Shown here in pieces: positions 37,726 through 50,608 of a stretch of DNA of 64,000 bases. The DNA lies in NCBI RefSeq assembly GCF_006345805.1, contig NC_042997.1, positions 148,924,001 through 148,988,000 on the forward strand, read 5' to 3'. Source of the DNA: Octopus sinensis (Eukaryota). The notes below the pieces were generated by a model that was not told the origin of the DNA, did no database searches, and saw only the letters and a list, made by a program, of their open reading frames with translations. The position numbers and the translations under genes are program-made. How positions within the stretch are numbered: the stretch's first letter is position 1; each line of letters opens with the position of its first letter.

Positions 37726-40700
37726 ACTACATATGCTAGACATTCTGTCTGTGGTTGTGTTTGTAGAGTTTTTAGCTAAGTATTTCTAGATTATCCGCTA
37801 CTGAAAAAATTTCGAATCACGTGAGGCTTATTTTAACGCTGCTTTAACAATATACAAGAAGTAGTCATACACCACACTGTCAATTCCCCTGCAATGAAAA
37901 TATACATTGTACACCATCACAACGTTACACTATGAGAACTTGCACAGATCGAGAATACGGGCCAGAACAAATTGGTCACGGCAATGAACTAATAACAAAC
38001 ACTCATAAAAACACAATGATCCAACTGCTTATAACACAGTAAATTGTTCCAATCCTGAACAACACGTTAGCTGAAAGAAACCAAATAACAGATATAGGAA
38101 TCATTTCGTGTTTGGTTCAATCCAATTTTCGGTTCGCATGTTTTAGCCAAGATCGCTGGAAAATGTTTTGCCGCTTTGGCCGCTTTATACAAATGTTTCG
38201 TGTGTATAATTAAATGGGCAATGAGCAAAAAGTCGGCAAGAGTTTTGCATAAATCTTAAGACCAAATTGTAAAGACAATGATTAAATAGGAAAGAGATGG
38301 TCAGCATGTCAAGTTTTAATAGATATTTTATTCGTTTCGCACGTAAAATAAACGGGAACAGTCTTAACCTTTAGTTGTTCTTTCGGCAGACAAGAAAGTA
38401 TAGAAAAGACGTAAAAGTGATTTTAAATTTCAAAAGTGCTTGACTTGAAAGAACAAAAGTAAATAGGTAACGTGTAAGGGACAGAACTGAAAGTGACGTG
38501 TTAGGGACAGAACTGAAGGTCATTTTCTCTCTCCAAACATATATTCGTTTCCGCCTGAGTTCTCTTCGGTGTTGCTAACTTTTTCTTTCTACTCCAGCAC
38601 TTTCCACCCTTCCGTTATCATTTTTTAACACTTTTCAAAGCCGTTCGCATGGATTCTTTTGATATTAACAGCGTTCCACATTTCGTCTCTCATCCTATAC
38701 TATCCTTTCGCCAATCACACACCATCAGCACACTAACACTTTCCCGCATACACGCGCCCTTTAATACGATCTTCTCTCACAACTTGACTCCTCTCACAGA
38801 CACACACACAAAAACATGTCTCAATTCTACTACCAACTTCTTAACACTCCAACGTACACCAGCACACTCAGACATACCATGCGCAATATCAGGTTGATGC
38901 ACGCATACCCACACACATCTACTCTCCGTACGGTTTATACCGACGCGTACATATACGCACATATTGCCATTCAGTAATCATATCAGTCTGATATACACGT
39001 ATACCCACCAGCACACTGTTTTTCTCCTTTCTACAACACACATATTCACAATTGTTCATACGAGTACCATTTTTCACTTACACACTTTCTTCCATTCCAC
39101 TACTTTCACTTTGCCATACCACTCTGTTTCACACATTCTCTGCCATGAACAATTTAGCTCAACTTATTAACTCTTTACTTCTTGACTAAGAGAAACATTA
39201 AGACGCTATCCTCTTTTTTATACGTCGATCTAATACAATATTTATTAAAATTGTACCACTTTTCTTATTGTTTCATTTAGTTTTCTTCAATGCCTTATAT
39301 TTATATATATGTATGTTTATATGCATAAAGTAAAAAGTTAAGTAAATGTTGACATATTTATGATTATTATGCGTTCATAATATTTAAAAAATGTAATAAA
39401 TATAATCAATTTTAAGTGTGTTAAATGTTTGTATAATACTATTGTTTTTAAACCCAATAGACTATTTATGAAATAAAATCAAAACCGTGACAATGTTATA
39501 TGCGAAAGTATATAAACGTAAAGTGTTTAACTTAGGTTTCATAGTTTCTTATTTTAATCTCTTGTCAAGCATATTTTACTTAACCAATGAGCACATATGA
39601 ATTTGTAATTTAGAATCTCTCACAGAGACCTTTGAATGAGGTGGAAGGTGGTAGGCAGAAAATATGCGACGCAGGAAGTTAAGCAAATACTGCTCTGTAG
39701 TAAGCTCAAGAATAGAATTCTTTAGAGCAACGGGAAAGAATTTTCAATTTTCCTCTCAAAATGTGGCGCAACAGAGGCAAACACAAGAACAATTTCCTCA
39801 TGAACAGTTTGAACATATTTTAAAACATCATGCTGAGAAATATAAACACACAGGAGAAGGAATGTTTTCTCCATATATGGGGCAATACAGAGAGGTATTA
39901 CAACAACATTCTTAAGTTTTCAGCTAATAACACCTATTTGTGTAAATTATTGTTGGCTGAATACAGGAAAATGTTTTTATAGTGTTACATGCTGAGAAAA
40001 GGACACATGGTATACATTCCGGGAATAGGAATTCGGTCGTACTCCCTATCTCTAATAATCTCTCTCTTCTATATAATCGCTTAATCTCTACCCACTTTTC
40101 TGCTCACCTGCTATGCAAAGGTCCAACCTGAGGCCTAAAAACCAAGGGCATTTATTTTTTTATCGCTTTACCCCTGTCATTGACATCCCGTCTTCTATAA
40201 TGCGAATAACTGAAGAAACCTGTTTTGTTCAAGAGTCTCTTCACTACTGTAGCACTATTCTCATCTCTATTGTAACACTAGTCAGTTGAAGAGGTTTATC
40301 GCACTTCAGCCTTCTTGCTGACATCACTATTGTTGATGCAAGGAAAATGCATCCTCTGCGCTTTGTAAAAGGGTTGGTGTTAAAAGAGCATCCGATAGTA
40401 GAAACCAAGCAGATATTGGATTATGGCGTAGGCTTCGGTCTCGTTGGATCCTATCAAATCGTTTAACCCATGCATATAATGATTTTAGAAAATTAAAAGA
40501 AATCTTTAAAAGAAACGTTTGGGAAATACAGTAAGAAGAAGTAATTTGTATTAGGCCTTTAAAAATCAATGTATCGATAAACGTATTCGATAAATGCATT
40601 TATAAGATTTTTACTTTAAAATTTTATGATGTACAACGAATTCCAAAATTGCTTTAAACATTGCTTTTTTGGGGAAGTGAAGCAAAAAGAAATCTACGTT

Positions 40701-41109
40701 AATACGCAAAAAGGCATAGTTTGGAAAACGAAAACAACATACGTTCAGAAAGCAGCATACAGGTGTTATTGAAACACATGTCTCAGTTGTGTTAAAGAAG
40801 TTGTTACACTTAGAATTTCCTCTATCTGAAGCAGAAAGGAATTTTGGCGTTCGTGCAAACCGACAAACGAGAAGTAGCAATCAAGCGTACGGATTTCTTC
40901 CTTTTAAGGTATGTTCTCCCAGGCGGGGGTTTTGGTTGTATGTAAGGAAAATCCTTGGTGATCCACACAACGAACCATTACTTAAAGCACATTTCTATCT
41001 ATGCATATATAGAAATATAGATGTATATATATATATATATATATGTATATACACATATATATATTATATATATATATTTATATATATATATATATGTGTG
41101 GTGTGTGTA

Positions 41110-41149
<40 letters not shown>

Positions 41150-41194
41150 GAGTGTGTGTGTATGTATATATATATGTGTATGTATATATATATA

Positions 41195-41520
41195 TAAAGT
41201 GACCGGAATTTAGCAATATTATTTTATGCACTCCGTTTTACATGTTCACACTTTTACTGACTTCAATGTATTCTCCATTTGAAGCAACGCATCTGCCCAG
41301 ACACGTTATCCACTGTTCATGGCGGTCCTGGAACTCTAGCGAAGTGATGCTTTTTAACGTGTCCGTCGTTTTTTCTTCTTTTCTTCTTCATCTCCTCCAC
41401 ATCTACAAAAGATTTTCCTATAAGGACTATTTTCATGCGGGGGAAACAAAAAAAATAAATATAAAGTCGGAGGGGGCAACAGCTGTTGAATATGTAGGGT
41501 ACGTATCTGGGGATCATGCG
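41195..41520 (-). pseudogene. Mariner transposase C-terminal remnant
   Basis: PTYSTAVAPSDF (YSPDLAPSD-like), FPRMKIVLIGKSFVDVEEMKKK, TLKSITSLEFQDRHEQWITCLGRCVASNGEYIE. Confidence 0.8.
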
Positions 41521-41529
41521 GTTTAGTCT

Positions 41530-43460
41530 AAAGCTGTTTCAAAGCTGAGGTGTTGTGCGCTGGTGCATTTTTGTTAGAAAAGGAGGGGGAATTCGCGTGG
41601 CCATTGCAGTCCCTAGAGAATTACTCCAATGAACACTCACACCGCATCAACAAAGTATTCGTAATAGAAGGGCTAAAATGCATCTTCGAGAATAACTTCT
41701 TCATAGTTAATGACAACTTCTATTGCCAAATCGAGGACTGTTATGGGCATGCGAATGGCCTCCCTCCTTTGCTAACCTTGTCATGGAGTACCTAGAAATC
41801 AAACTTTATCGTAAGTTACTACAAAAATACGGAAACCCATTCTCCCTCTACATAGGAAATAACTGGAAAAGATATCTAGGTGACTTTTCATTCTTTGACA
41901 CGAAAGTATAGAGAGACTTTACGAATTTCAAGCACTTCTGAATGGACTTGACGTAAACATTCAATTTGGATGGAATATAGCCACCAATAACTTTCATTCC
42001 TTGACATCTTCATTAAGAAAGCGAATAACAAAATAGAAACAGACATATACTATAAACCCACGGACTACAAGCAATATCTGTCATTCAACTCTTGCAACAC
42101 CAGACACACTAGAATGAATATTCCTTACAACCTGGCAAAAATGATGTGTACTATAGTATCCGATACAAGCATCAGGGACACACGTCTACATGAGCTAAGG
42201 GATACACTCATTAACAGGAATTATCCACCATCACTAATTAATATAGGCTTTCAACGTGCCCTACAACTCAACATCCACGAACGCAGACATCTCAGACTAA
42301 AGAAGGATTTACACCCGAACGCCCAACCATACATATCCAGGCACAGGCCCCTAAACAATGCGACATTCGACACCATCCTCCAGAAAATCACTTTGCTAAA
42401 AGGGGACCATAGAATGGTTCAAATCCTCCAAACTCACACCATCATAAAGAACAAAGGACAGCCTAAGTCAATGAAAAGTCTTCTAACACAGTCATAATTA
42501 GACACGTCAACAACATCGAAACCGACAGTAAAAAAAAAATTGAATGACCTAACTGTGGTATATGTGCCAACCTAATTGAAGATCGTGATTTTCCTTCAAA
42601 CAGCGTCAACATTTTACAGTGAAAACCAACTTCACATGCGCTTCAGAAAAACTAATACATGTATTAACTTGCACAGTGTGTCATTAACAATATATTGGTC
42701 AACAAAAACTGTCTACACAAGAGGATGACGGTACATTGATCTCAGATAAAAAAAAAGAGAATACAGAAAAATAGGATTAATCGAGCACATCAACATTTGC
42801 ACCACTAACGAACAACCCGACTTTAGAATTATTCCCTCTATAAATTCACGGACAGTGTAACCTACATTCAGCGTATTAGCAAATTTTATCGCAATATATA
42901 AACCTATTTTCAAAGACGCCTCTCCAACACATGTAACTACTGCAAGAATTTAGAACAATTCCAACCACTACTACTACAACCACAATAGGTCAATTTTAGG
43001 TCATTAAAGAAGATTCCGCGTACAATCTGTTTCACAGCACTCCTGCATATACCTTTTCTTTTCTTTCTCCTTCTCCCTCTTTTTCCCCATTCCTAATTCT
43101 CTTCCTCCTTGTTCTGCTCCCCTGATCCTCTTTCTCCTCCATCTTCTTCTCCTCCTCCCCGTCGGCTGCTCCTCATTAAGCAATCACTTATCTGTATCCA
43201 AACTGTTCCTTCAGATTTACTACTATTTAACTATGAGGCGTTCAAAAAGGAAGAGAGAGAGAGAGAGACCCTATCTGAAGAATATGGAAATATTTACCTA
43301 TTTAAAAACTATGGGAATATCTAGAAAACATTTAACTTAATTTTTTTCTCCAATTTAATTGATTTTCTCATTTCACTCTCAGTCGAAAAAGTCTAAAATA
43401 CGGAAACCGGTACTAAAATGTAGTTCATGATAAAATTGTTCTAGCATTCTCTACCTTGTC
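41530..43460 (+). mobile_element. Degenerate, 5'-truncated Penelope-like element (RT + GIY-YIG)
   Basis: IFENNFFIVNDNFYCQI, FANLVMEYLE, WKRYLGD (YxDD-like), FLDIFIKK..IETDIYYKPTD.KQYL.FNSC..HTRMNIPYNLA, L..RNYP, FTCASEKLIHVLTCTVCH*QYIGQ (GIY-YIG region), followed by a CT-rich 3' region. Confidence 0.88.
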
Positions 43461-45437
43461 TATATATATATATATATACACGCACACATATTCGGTGAAA
43501 TTGGGAGGAGAAAGTCTGATGAAAGTATTTTGCCCTTTCAATCTATGTCGGTTGCAATTCTCCATTATTTAGAATTAATAATTATGTAGATTGAAGCAGT
43601 GTAAATATAACAATGTGCATGCGTTCGGCCTTAAAACATGACAAACTAGAATACTCAAGCATTCTCCTATGTAATGTAATGAAACAAGCATGTTATGTAA
43701 TTTTCTTTCTGCGTTGTAAAATTTTGCAGAAATTTCTTCTCGGAAATACAAATATTTTCATTCGTTATGTAATATTAATTAGGATTGCAAATGAATACTT
43801 TCTAAATAAACAGCTAATTCCTGAACGATACACACTATAAACATGTGCACATGAAATTGAAAATTAAAAGTAAATAAATAGAGGATATAATGATGATATT
43901 GATGTTATATATATTTCAATGACTTTCCTCTTGCGAACAAAAACAAATCGTCATACAGTGATACCGGATATCTTTTAAATATAACTCATTCTCTTCGTTC
44001 ATTAGTTAAACGAGTGCATCGCAAATATTTATATTATTGATGATTTCCATGTTATCTCATAATGTCCGTCTTCAGATATATATGAGATAATTGAACCACA
44101 ACGTTATAATTTCAGAATTTATAAGCGATATCATCTTCGTCACAAAACATGACTGCCAGTGCAGTTCTTCTCGGAAATAAATTGATAACCATATAAACGA
44201 TATCTCATTGTTTTGAGTGAAAATTATCGATGGGAATGATTGTCAGTTCAATTAAATTCGTGATTTGAACTATGATCAGATGGTATAATTATGATTATTA
44301 CTCGCTCATAAGATTTAATTTCATGCTGCTTACCATTTGAAATAAAATCGTACGATTGTATGAGATATTTTTTTCATTCATAGTTTTATTATTTACATGC
44401 TTTTGTCTCTTGTTGTCCATATATCACACGATTTTCTAATGATTTTGTTTAACCATTAACTTATTTGAACTGATAGTGTTCTGTCGAATGAAACGCATCG
44501 ACTATAACTCGTTAATTTTTCTCATGCTGCAGGACATATTTATATAAGTATAAAAGAAGTTACAATTAAGAAAATACCAGTACAGAAATGCTTATTACAC
44601 ACACAAACACATGCGAGTGCACAAGCATACGAACAAACACACATATTTAGATTTGCAATAATATAACACAGAATGACATGATGTAAAGTCCTTTGTTCTG
44701 TATTCATGCAATAAAAAAAGAAGAATGCATGCGTAAAACGGAAGTAGAGCTGTTCATAATATGCATTCTAATGCGACTTCATTAGAATTACCCATATAAT
44801 AAAGCATAATATTCAATAGCATCTATAAATAATATTGATAGATTTTTAAGAAAAATGTTATTTAAAATAAATTAAGAAAGTAACACAGAGAAAGGAATGT
44901 TATAGAATATTAAACTCGAAAAATTATTATGATGGTCCTTTTATCCAATTGTATGAACTCAGAAATTTTAATTAGTGAAACCTACTTTGTTTCGAAGGTG
45001 AGAGGAAGCTATTTTTTCTGGCGATTTTAATTTCTATACACTTCCTATATAAAATAATAATTACTTTCAAATTTGGTGATACGCTTTATTTATTTTACTT
45101 TTACTGAATGTTCACCATTCTCTGGTATTTATGTTTCCTGACCAGAGATATTAACGTTGCACTCATTGAAATAATCCATGTATTTTTCAATAAGATTTTT
45201 TTCTGTTTCATTTTCTCTCCTCTGAAATTTTTAAAAATTCTATCTCATTGCTGTCGCCTTCCTCCACATTTCCTGTTCTAAATGCTTATGTTTTTCTTTT
45301 AGCCAATATGTGAAAATTGTTTTTGGTAGAAATTTAAGAATTTCTGTTCAGCCTCCTTTGTATTCATTGAACTTTTCGTCTAGTTTATTATGTTCCTCTG
45401 TCTTACTGTGGCTATATTTATTATACCATCTCTTCTC

Positions 45438-45506
<69 letters not shown>

Positions 45507-46109
45507 TAAAAACTATGTACATTCATGTCAGTGTAATTACAGCAACTTCTCCTTTTCTATAACCTGCATTAAATGTCACGTTTTCAATATATATTACGGA
45601 GATGTACATGCATAGCGAGTGACTTGATCTGAGATCGTGTGCTGGAACCAAAATTTAAATGTTGAAGTGAATCTAACGGTGTGTTTCTTAAATGGCTTAT
45701 AAACACCTTCCATGCTGCAATTGTTTATATATATATACATACATATGCTGGATATATTATTTAATGAAGCATGGTGAAAAAGGCATTTACACGAGACATT
45801 ACGATTACAGTTACACGACGTCAAACGCTCTCTTTCTGCACCTCGCAGTGAATTGCTTATGTTCTTTATTTGGCACTACGACCGCAACACAGAGGGGTGT
45901 ACTACAAGGACAGACATAACACTACGATGAGTACATAAAATATAAAACGAATGAGAATGAGATGTATAAAAATGAGGAAATGAAATGCCTGCATAGGCCC
46001 CATTCCCATGCAGTACCATTTGAACATTTATACACACTATTTTCAATCGTTCTATTTTTCTATTGTATTTTTCTTAATCATCTTTTTCCTCTTGTTTTAC
46101 ATGAAACAC

Positions 46110-47990
46110 TTACTTTTTTCTTTTTTTTTTTTCCTTTCAACAAACAATTTTAGTTACCATTTTTTCTCTCCTGTTTAATACCTCATGAAAGGCTTCAAGT
46201 CTCTTAGTTCAACAACGGCAGTTCATCGAACTCCACCAACGTTCCGGGCGGGTCAATCTTGTCTCCACACATGTCTCTCAGTCTTTGTATGTGTCTTTGT
46301 CGACCACAACGGCCTGCACATTTTCGGAATACACATCCCTGGGCAATCTCACTCTTATGATATGCTTAAATTTTACAATTTTTCTTTCCGTCTCTTTGCC
46401 TTTTGTATATGTTACGAAATCCTATTTATGTTTTCCTTTTCTTGTTTTTTTTCTAACTACTTCCACTTCTGGTGCCTTTTCCATTTCTATCTCCACTCTG
46501 AACAATTTCTCCGTTTCACCCCACCCTCGTTCAGTTGCACTCCTGAATCTTTTTTCTTCGGTTTTTCCTTTTGTAACTCGTTCACGAACACATTTTCAAT
46601 TACATTTTCAGTTTCTTTCTCCACCATCCTTTTGTCTTCCTTCCTTCCGGTCATTTCCACCTCTTCTTTCTTCTTTTTCTGGTTCTGTGGAGGCGAGCTC
46701 GCTCTTCCCCATCTCCTTTTCCTTTCCAACACCATGAATCCCTCTTCCTTTGTTTTTTCTTCCATCTCCATCTATACCACCTGGTCCGCACTCTCCCGCT
46801 TTCAGCTTTCTATACCTTATCTATAGGTTTAAAAATAACTTTGTCAAATAACTCTGTAGTTGAGTTCCTGAATCTTCCGTCAATTCACCTGTCATCTTCA
46901 TACTTGCTTCCTCCTTCTCTGACTCATTGTCACACACCTTAATTATTTGTCCACTTTCCTTTTCCGTCTCACTTTTATCATCTTTATTTCTCGTTACCTC
47001 TTTCTTTTCCACCTCTTCTTTCTTCTTTTTTTGGTTAGTCGGTGGCGGGCTTACCCTACCGCTCCTCCTTCTTTTGTTTCCACTAGAGTGAATTCTTCTA
47101 CAGCTATTTTCTCATTATTCTCGACTGTCACTGACTGTTCGACATTTTCTTCAGTCTCTTCTGTTCTTTCCGTGAGCTATCTCGCCTTCATGTGTCCCTT
47201 TTCGCCACATTCGAAACACACAGGCGGCCTGCCCCCCACCTTCATTCTTAGTGTAAAAGCGTCAGGTAGCACTATCTCCTCTGTTATTCTGTTCAAATCT
47301 TCTACTGTTGCCTGGATTGTCAGCTCCAACCGGTAGCCCCAGTAGTCCAACTTGTTTGTTCTTCTGGCCTCGTTTTCCATGTTGTACAAAATGGCCTTCA
47401 TTAGCCATGCCTTCTCCAGCTCAGGGGGTACCGGACCCATCCGAACACTCACCACGCGTTTGCCGCAATATGATGGCAGAAGAATCCATTCTTCTGAGCG
47501 GATTGCTTCCGTAGCATGTGGCATATTTTCTGCCCCTTACTCTGAAGGTTATCACGTTTTTCATACTTTCTAACAACTTCTTAATCTCCTCCACAGATAC
47601 TATCTCGATTCTCCTTGTAGCAACCTTTATGGTCTTGTATGTCACTGTCTTTTTCATAACGCTGTTCATTAGTTCTTCGGGTGGTTCAACATTATCTTCT
47701 CGCCTTCCTTTTTAAGCAGCTTCTCGCTAGCCTTCATCTTCCTGGGATCGACTTTTATTTCAAAAGTCTCCAATGCTTCTTTCTCTGCTTCTCTACCAGT
47801 TGCAGCTGCATAGCTGTAGCCGCCCGGTGGCGCCTTCTCCATTTTTCTCAATGGAAAAAAAAATTAACTCAACAAATGTTAACGATATTAACAGCAGCAA
47901 TAATCAACAATAAATTCACGTTCTACTCACAAATATAACTCAACTTCAATAACTCAAAAAGAACAGTGACCTGCTTACCTCCAATTGCTG
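46110..47990 (-). mobile_element. ORF1/gag-like-only retroelement (CCHC knuckle, E/K-rich C-terminus), degenerate
   Basis: MEKAPPGGYSYAAATG start; WILLPSYCGKRVVSVRMGPVPPEL; VGGRPPVCFECGEKGHMKAR*; long charged region; ORF end near 46200, then an A-rich tract at 46114-46132. No EN or RT motifs in the flanks. Boundaries are approximate and no TSD was found. Confidence 0.7.
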
Positions 47991-48070
47991 ATAGTTCTTT
48001 ATTTTAAAGCAAAGCGTTAGTCCAGGTTTAATCACATGGGGTTTGGTTGTTGGTTGGAATCCTTCCACAA

Positions 48071-48110
<40 letters not shown>

Positions 48111-48563
48111 AACAAATCAGAAAAATGGAATTTGTTTTCGTATTCTTCATTCTCCATTAAACGTGTTACATGTGCTAATAGAAGTTACAAAGATTTACAT
48201 TTATATAGAAATGTAAGGAATTGCTTGTAAGAACATTTTCGAACGCAATTTTTTTATAATACAAAATTACATTTGGATGAAGCGTTTATTTTTAGATATT
48301 AATCGGGAGAAACACAAATAGCCTACGTGAAGGAAAGAGAAAGATATATACACATATTTGTCCAGATATACACATATATACACAAGCACATAAATACACA
48401 ATGCATATGTTCATATACACAAGCAAACATCTATACCTTTTCGTTCATAAATTGTATACACATGCAGAAATACATACATAAAAACATAAATACATATATA
48501 TGCACACATAGACATATTTGTTTGTGTGCGTGCTTGTGCGTATTTACACAGGCATATATATAT

Positions 48564-48970
48564 AGGAGTGGCTGTGTGGTAAGTAGCTTGTTTACCAACC
48601 ACATGGTTCCGGGTTCAGTCCCACTGCGTGGCACCTTGGGCAAGTGTCTTCTACTATAGCCTCGGGCCGACCAAAGCCTTGTGAGTGGATTTGGTAGACG
48701 GAAACTGAAAGAAGCCCGTCGTATATATGTACATATATATATGCGTGCGTGTGTTTGTGTGTCTGTGTTTGTCCCCCTAGCATTGCTTGACAACCGATGC
48801 TGGTGTGTTTATGTCCCCGTTACTTAGCGGTTCGGTAAAAGAGACCGATAGAATAAGTACTGGGTTTACAAAAGAATAAGTCCCGGGGTCGATTTGCTCG
48901 ATTAAAAAGGCGGTGCTCCAGCATGGCCGCAGTCAGATGACTGAAACAAGAAAAAGAGAGTAAAGAGTAT
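48564..48970 (+). mobile_element. Full-length SINE family B (tRNA head + CORE + (CA/TA)n spacer + tail)
   Basis: A box tggctgtgtgg, B box ggttcagtccc, CORE-like gtggcaccttgggcaagtgtctt, and tail ..ggcggtgctccagcatggccgcagtc..gactgaaacaag. Confidence 0.9.
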
Positions 48971-49120
48971 ATTAAAAACAGGGTAAATTTATATTAAGAA
49001 CAGAAAGAAGAAAACTGTTAAGAACACTAACATATACGTACTTTTTCTTTCTTTTATTGTTTACGTTGTCAAAGTATTTTGCGTTATGCTCATTGTGTAT
49101 GTATTTGCGTATATATATAT

Positions 49121-49181
<61 letters not shown>

Positions 49182-49264
49182 CTGCGTGTGTGTATTGTTA
49201 AACAAAATGAGACAACAAAGCAGAGTTTATGTGCCATTTTCAGGACATTTATAAAGAGAAAGTA

Positions 49265-49312
49265 GTCTTACAGTTGTTTCTGGGATATTAGAGATATCCC
49301 TTCACCAGAGAC
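49265..49312 (-). ncRNA. Minimal type I hammerhead ribozyme motif (core A6->G, probably inactive)
   Basis: GTCT-CTGGTGA-a-GGGATAT(ctcta)ATATCCC-a-GAAA-C-aact-GTA-AGAC: stems I and II are perfect, with a GUA cleavage triplet. Confidence 0.7.
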
Positions 49313-49733
49313 GATGTGGAATGATTAAATAAAGCGAAATAGTAGAGATGAATATACGGAGTAATTTTGGAAAAGGATGAAAATAAGAAGTATAAAGGGA
49401 GATAAGAGAATAAAAATTAAAAAATATATATATATATGTAGCATGTTACAGTTGCTGTTCCTTTATCCAAGGAAATCGGTAGGAAGGCGCCTTGTCTATG
49501 GTATGTAAATAAGAGTTCATATATTCTCCTTACAAATGGAAAGTATGGAGACGTACCTTAAAAAAGAAACATTTCTACCACTTCTACACATCACTTTCCT
49601 TGGATAATAGAACTGCAACTATAAGATTCCACATATATATCAATTTTTACTACTATTTTTTATTTCCATCCTTTTCCAAAATAACTACTTATATTGAACT
49701 CTACTATTTTCCTCTATTCAACCATCTCACATC

Positions 49734-49780
49734 GTCTCTGATGAAGTGGCATCCCTAATATAGAAGAAAAAGCTGTAACT
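49734..49780 (+). ncRNA. Eroded inverted copy of the same hammerhead motif
   Basis: GTCT-CTGATGA-(decayed stem II)-GAAA-a-AGCT-GTA. The core and the palindromic AGCT are retained. Confidence 0.5.
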
Positions 49781-49990
49781 TTCTCTTTATAAATGTTCTG
49801 AAATTTCCACACTGTCCTTGCGGCGTTGTCCCATTTTATTTCATATATACATTGTCATACAATACCTGCATTAGACTTCTCACTCCTATTATTATCGAAC
49901 CGAGAGTTTAACTACGGCCATAGCACTTGCATAGCATTAACTGCCACCCTGGGTCTTCTGGATACCGATAATTATATATATATACATACA

Positions 49991-50608
49991 TACTAGAGAG
50001 TCAAAAATTATACGCGCTCTTGTTTTTTCAATGTAATTACACAAAAGCAGGGAATAAACAAGTACATCATTTTTATTTACAGTCTTCTTCCTTTCCGATG
50101 CACTTTGGTGCAGCGATCGAAAGTGCATCGAAAGAGATGGTAGTTGGAATTCCAAAGGGATGATAGTTGGAAGTGGCGAATTCTGGGTTCTAGGGAGGGT
50201 GTTTCGGTATCTGAAAATTCAATTTGTTACTGGTCTCAACGGTTTGAGAGGCCGTATGTGGGCCTGTATTGTCGTGCAAAAATCATATTTTCTTCGATAA
50301 TATGCTTCGGCGTTTGGTGCGAATTGCAGGGTTCAGTTTGTTGGCCAGGAAAGCACTGCATCTTGCCCTGTTGATTCTACACAGCTTTTCCAGAGAAATC
50401 AGATCACTTCTCTTCGTTCTTCTTTGGCGCTTATTGCTAGTGAAGCGGCCATGCTTACACTGTAAAACCAGAAAGGAAAATGGTGCAATCAGGCTTAAAC
50501 TTCTATCACCACACTAGTACCAGCTATAAGTACGCACGTGCAGAAGACAGTGTGACAATGATAAAGATACGTTATGGTGTAAGTGCTGATAATTTTCCCC
50601 TTACCCCA
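49991..50608 (-). mobile_element. Internally deleted mariner element
   Basis: Minus strand: MAASL..EERREVI*FLW joined to NKLNPAIRTKRRSILSKKI*FLHDNTGPHTASQTVET..HPP*NPEFATSNYHPFG. Degenerate TIRs: gagagtcaaaaattatacgc (49996) and gctgataattttcccc (50585). Confidence 0.75.

Larger units (their letters stand above)
49231..49810. repeat. ~580-bp imperfect palindrome (Penelope-end-like)
   Basis: Outer arms 49231-49395 and 49645-49810; inner arms 49445-49475 and 49595-49625. Confidence 0.9.

Noticed and set aside
39620-39915. 83-aa ORF containing KHTGEG (zinc-finger-linker-like)
   Set aside because: No C2H2 cysteine/histidine spacing and no convincing splice pair.
40763-40908. Possible + strand exon ending in a strong AAG|GTATGT donor
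   Set aside because: The acceptor lacks a polypyrimidine tract, the peptide is unrecognised, and no partner exon was found.
46185-47336. 213-, 150- and 129-aa F/S-rich + strand ORFs
   Set aside because: Antisense shadows of the E/K-rich minus-strand ORF1-like region.
48564-48630. tRNA gene-like A/B boxes, here and at other SINE heads
   Set aside because: No cloverleaf, and the sequence continues into CORE and tail: a SINE head, not a tRNA gene.
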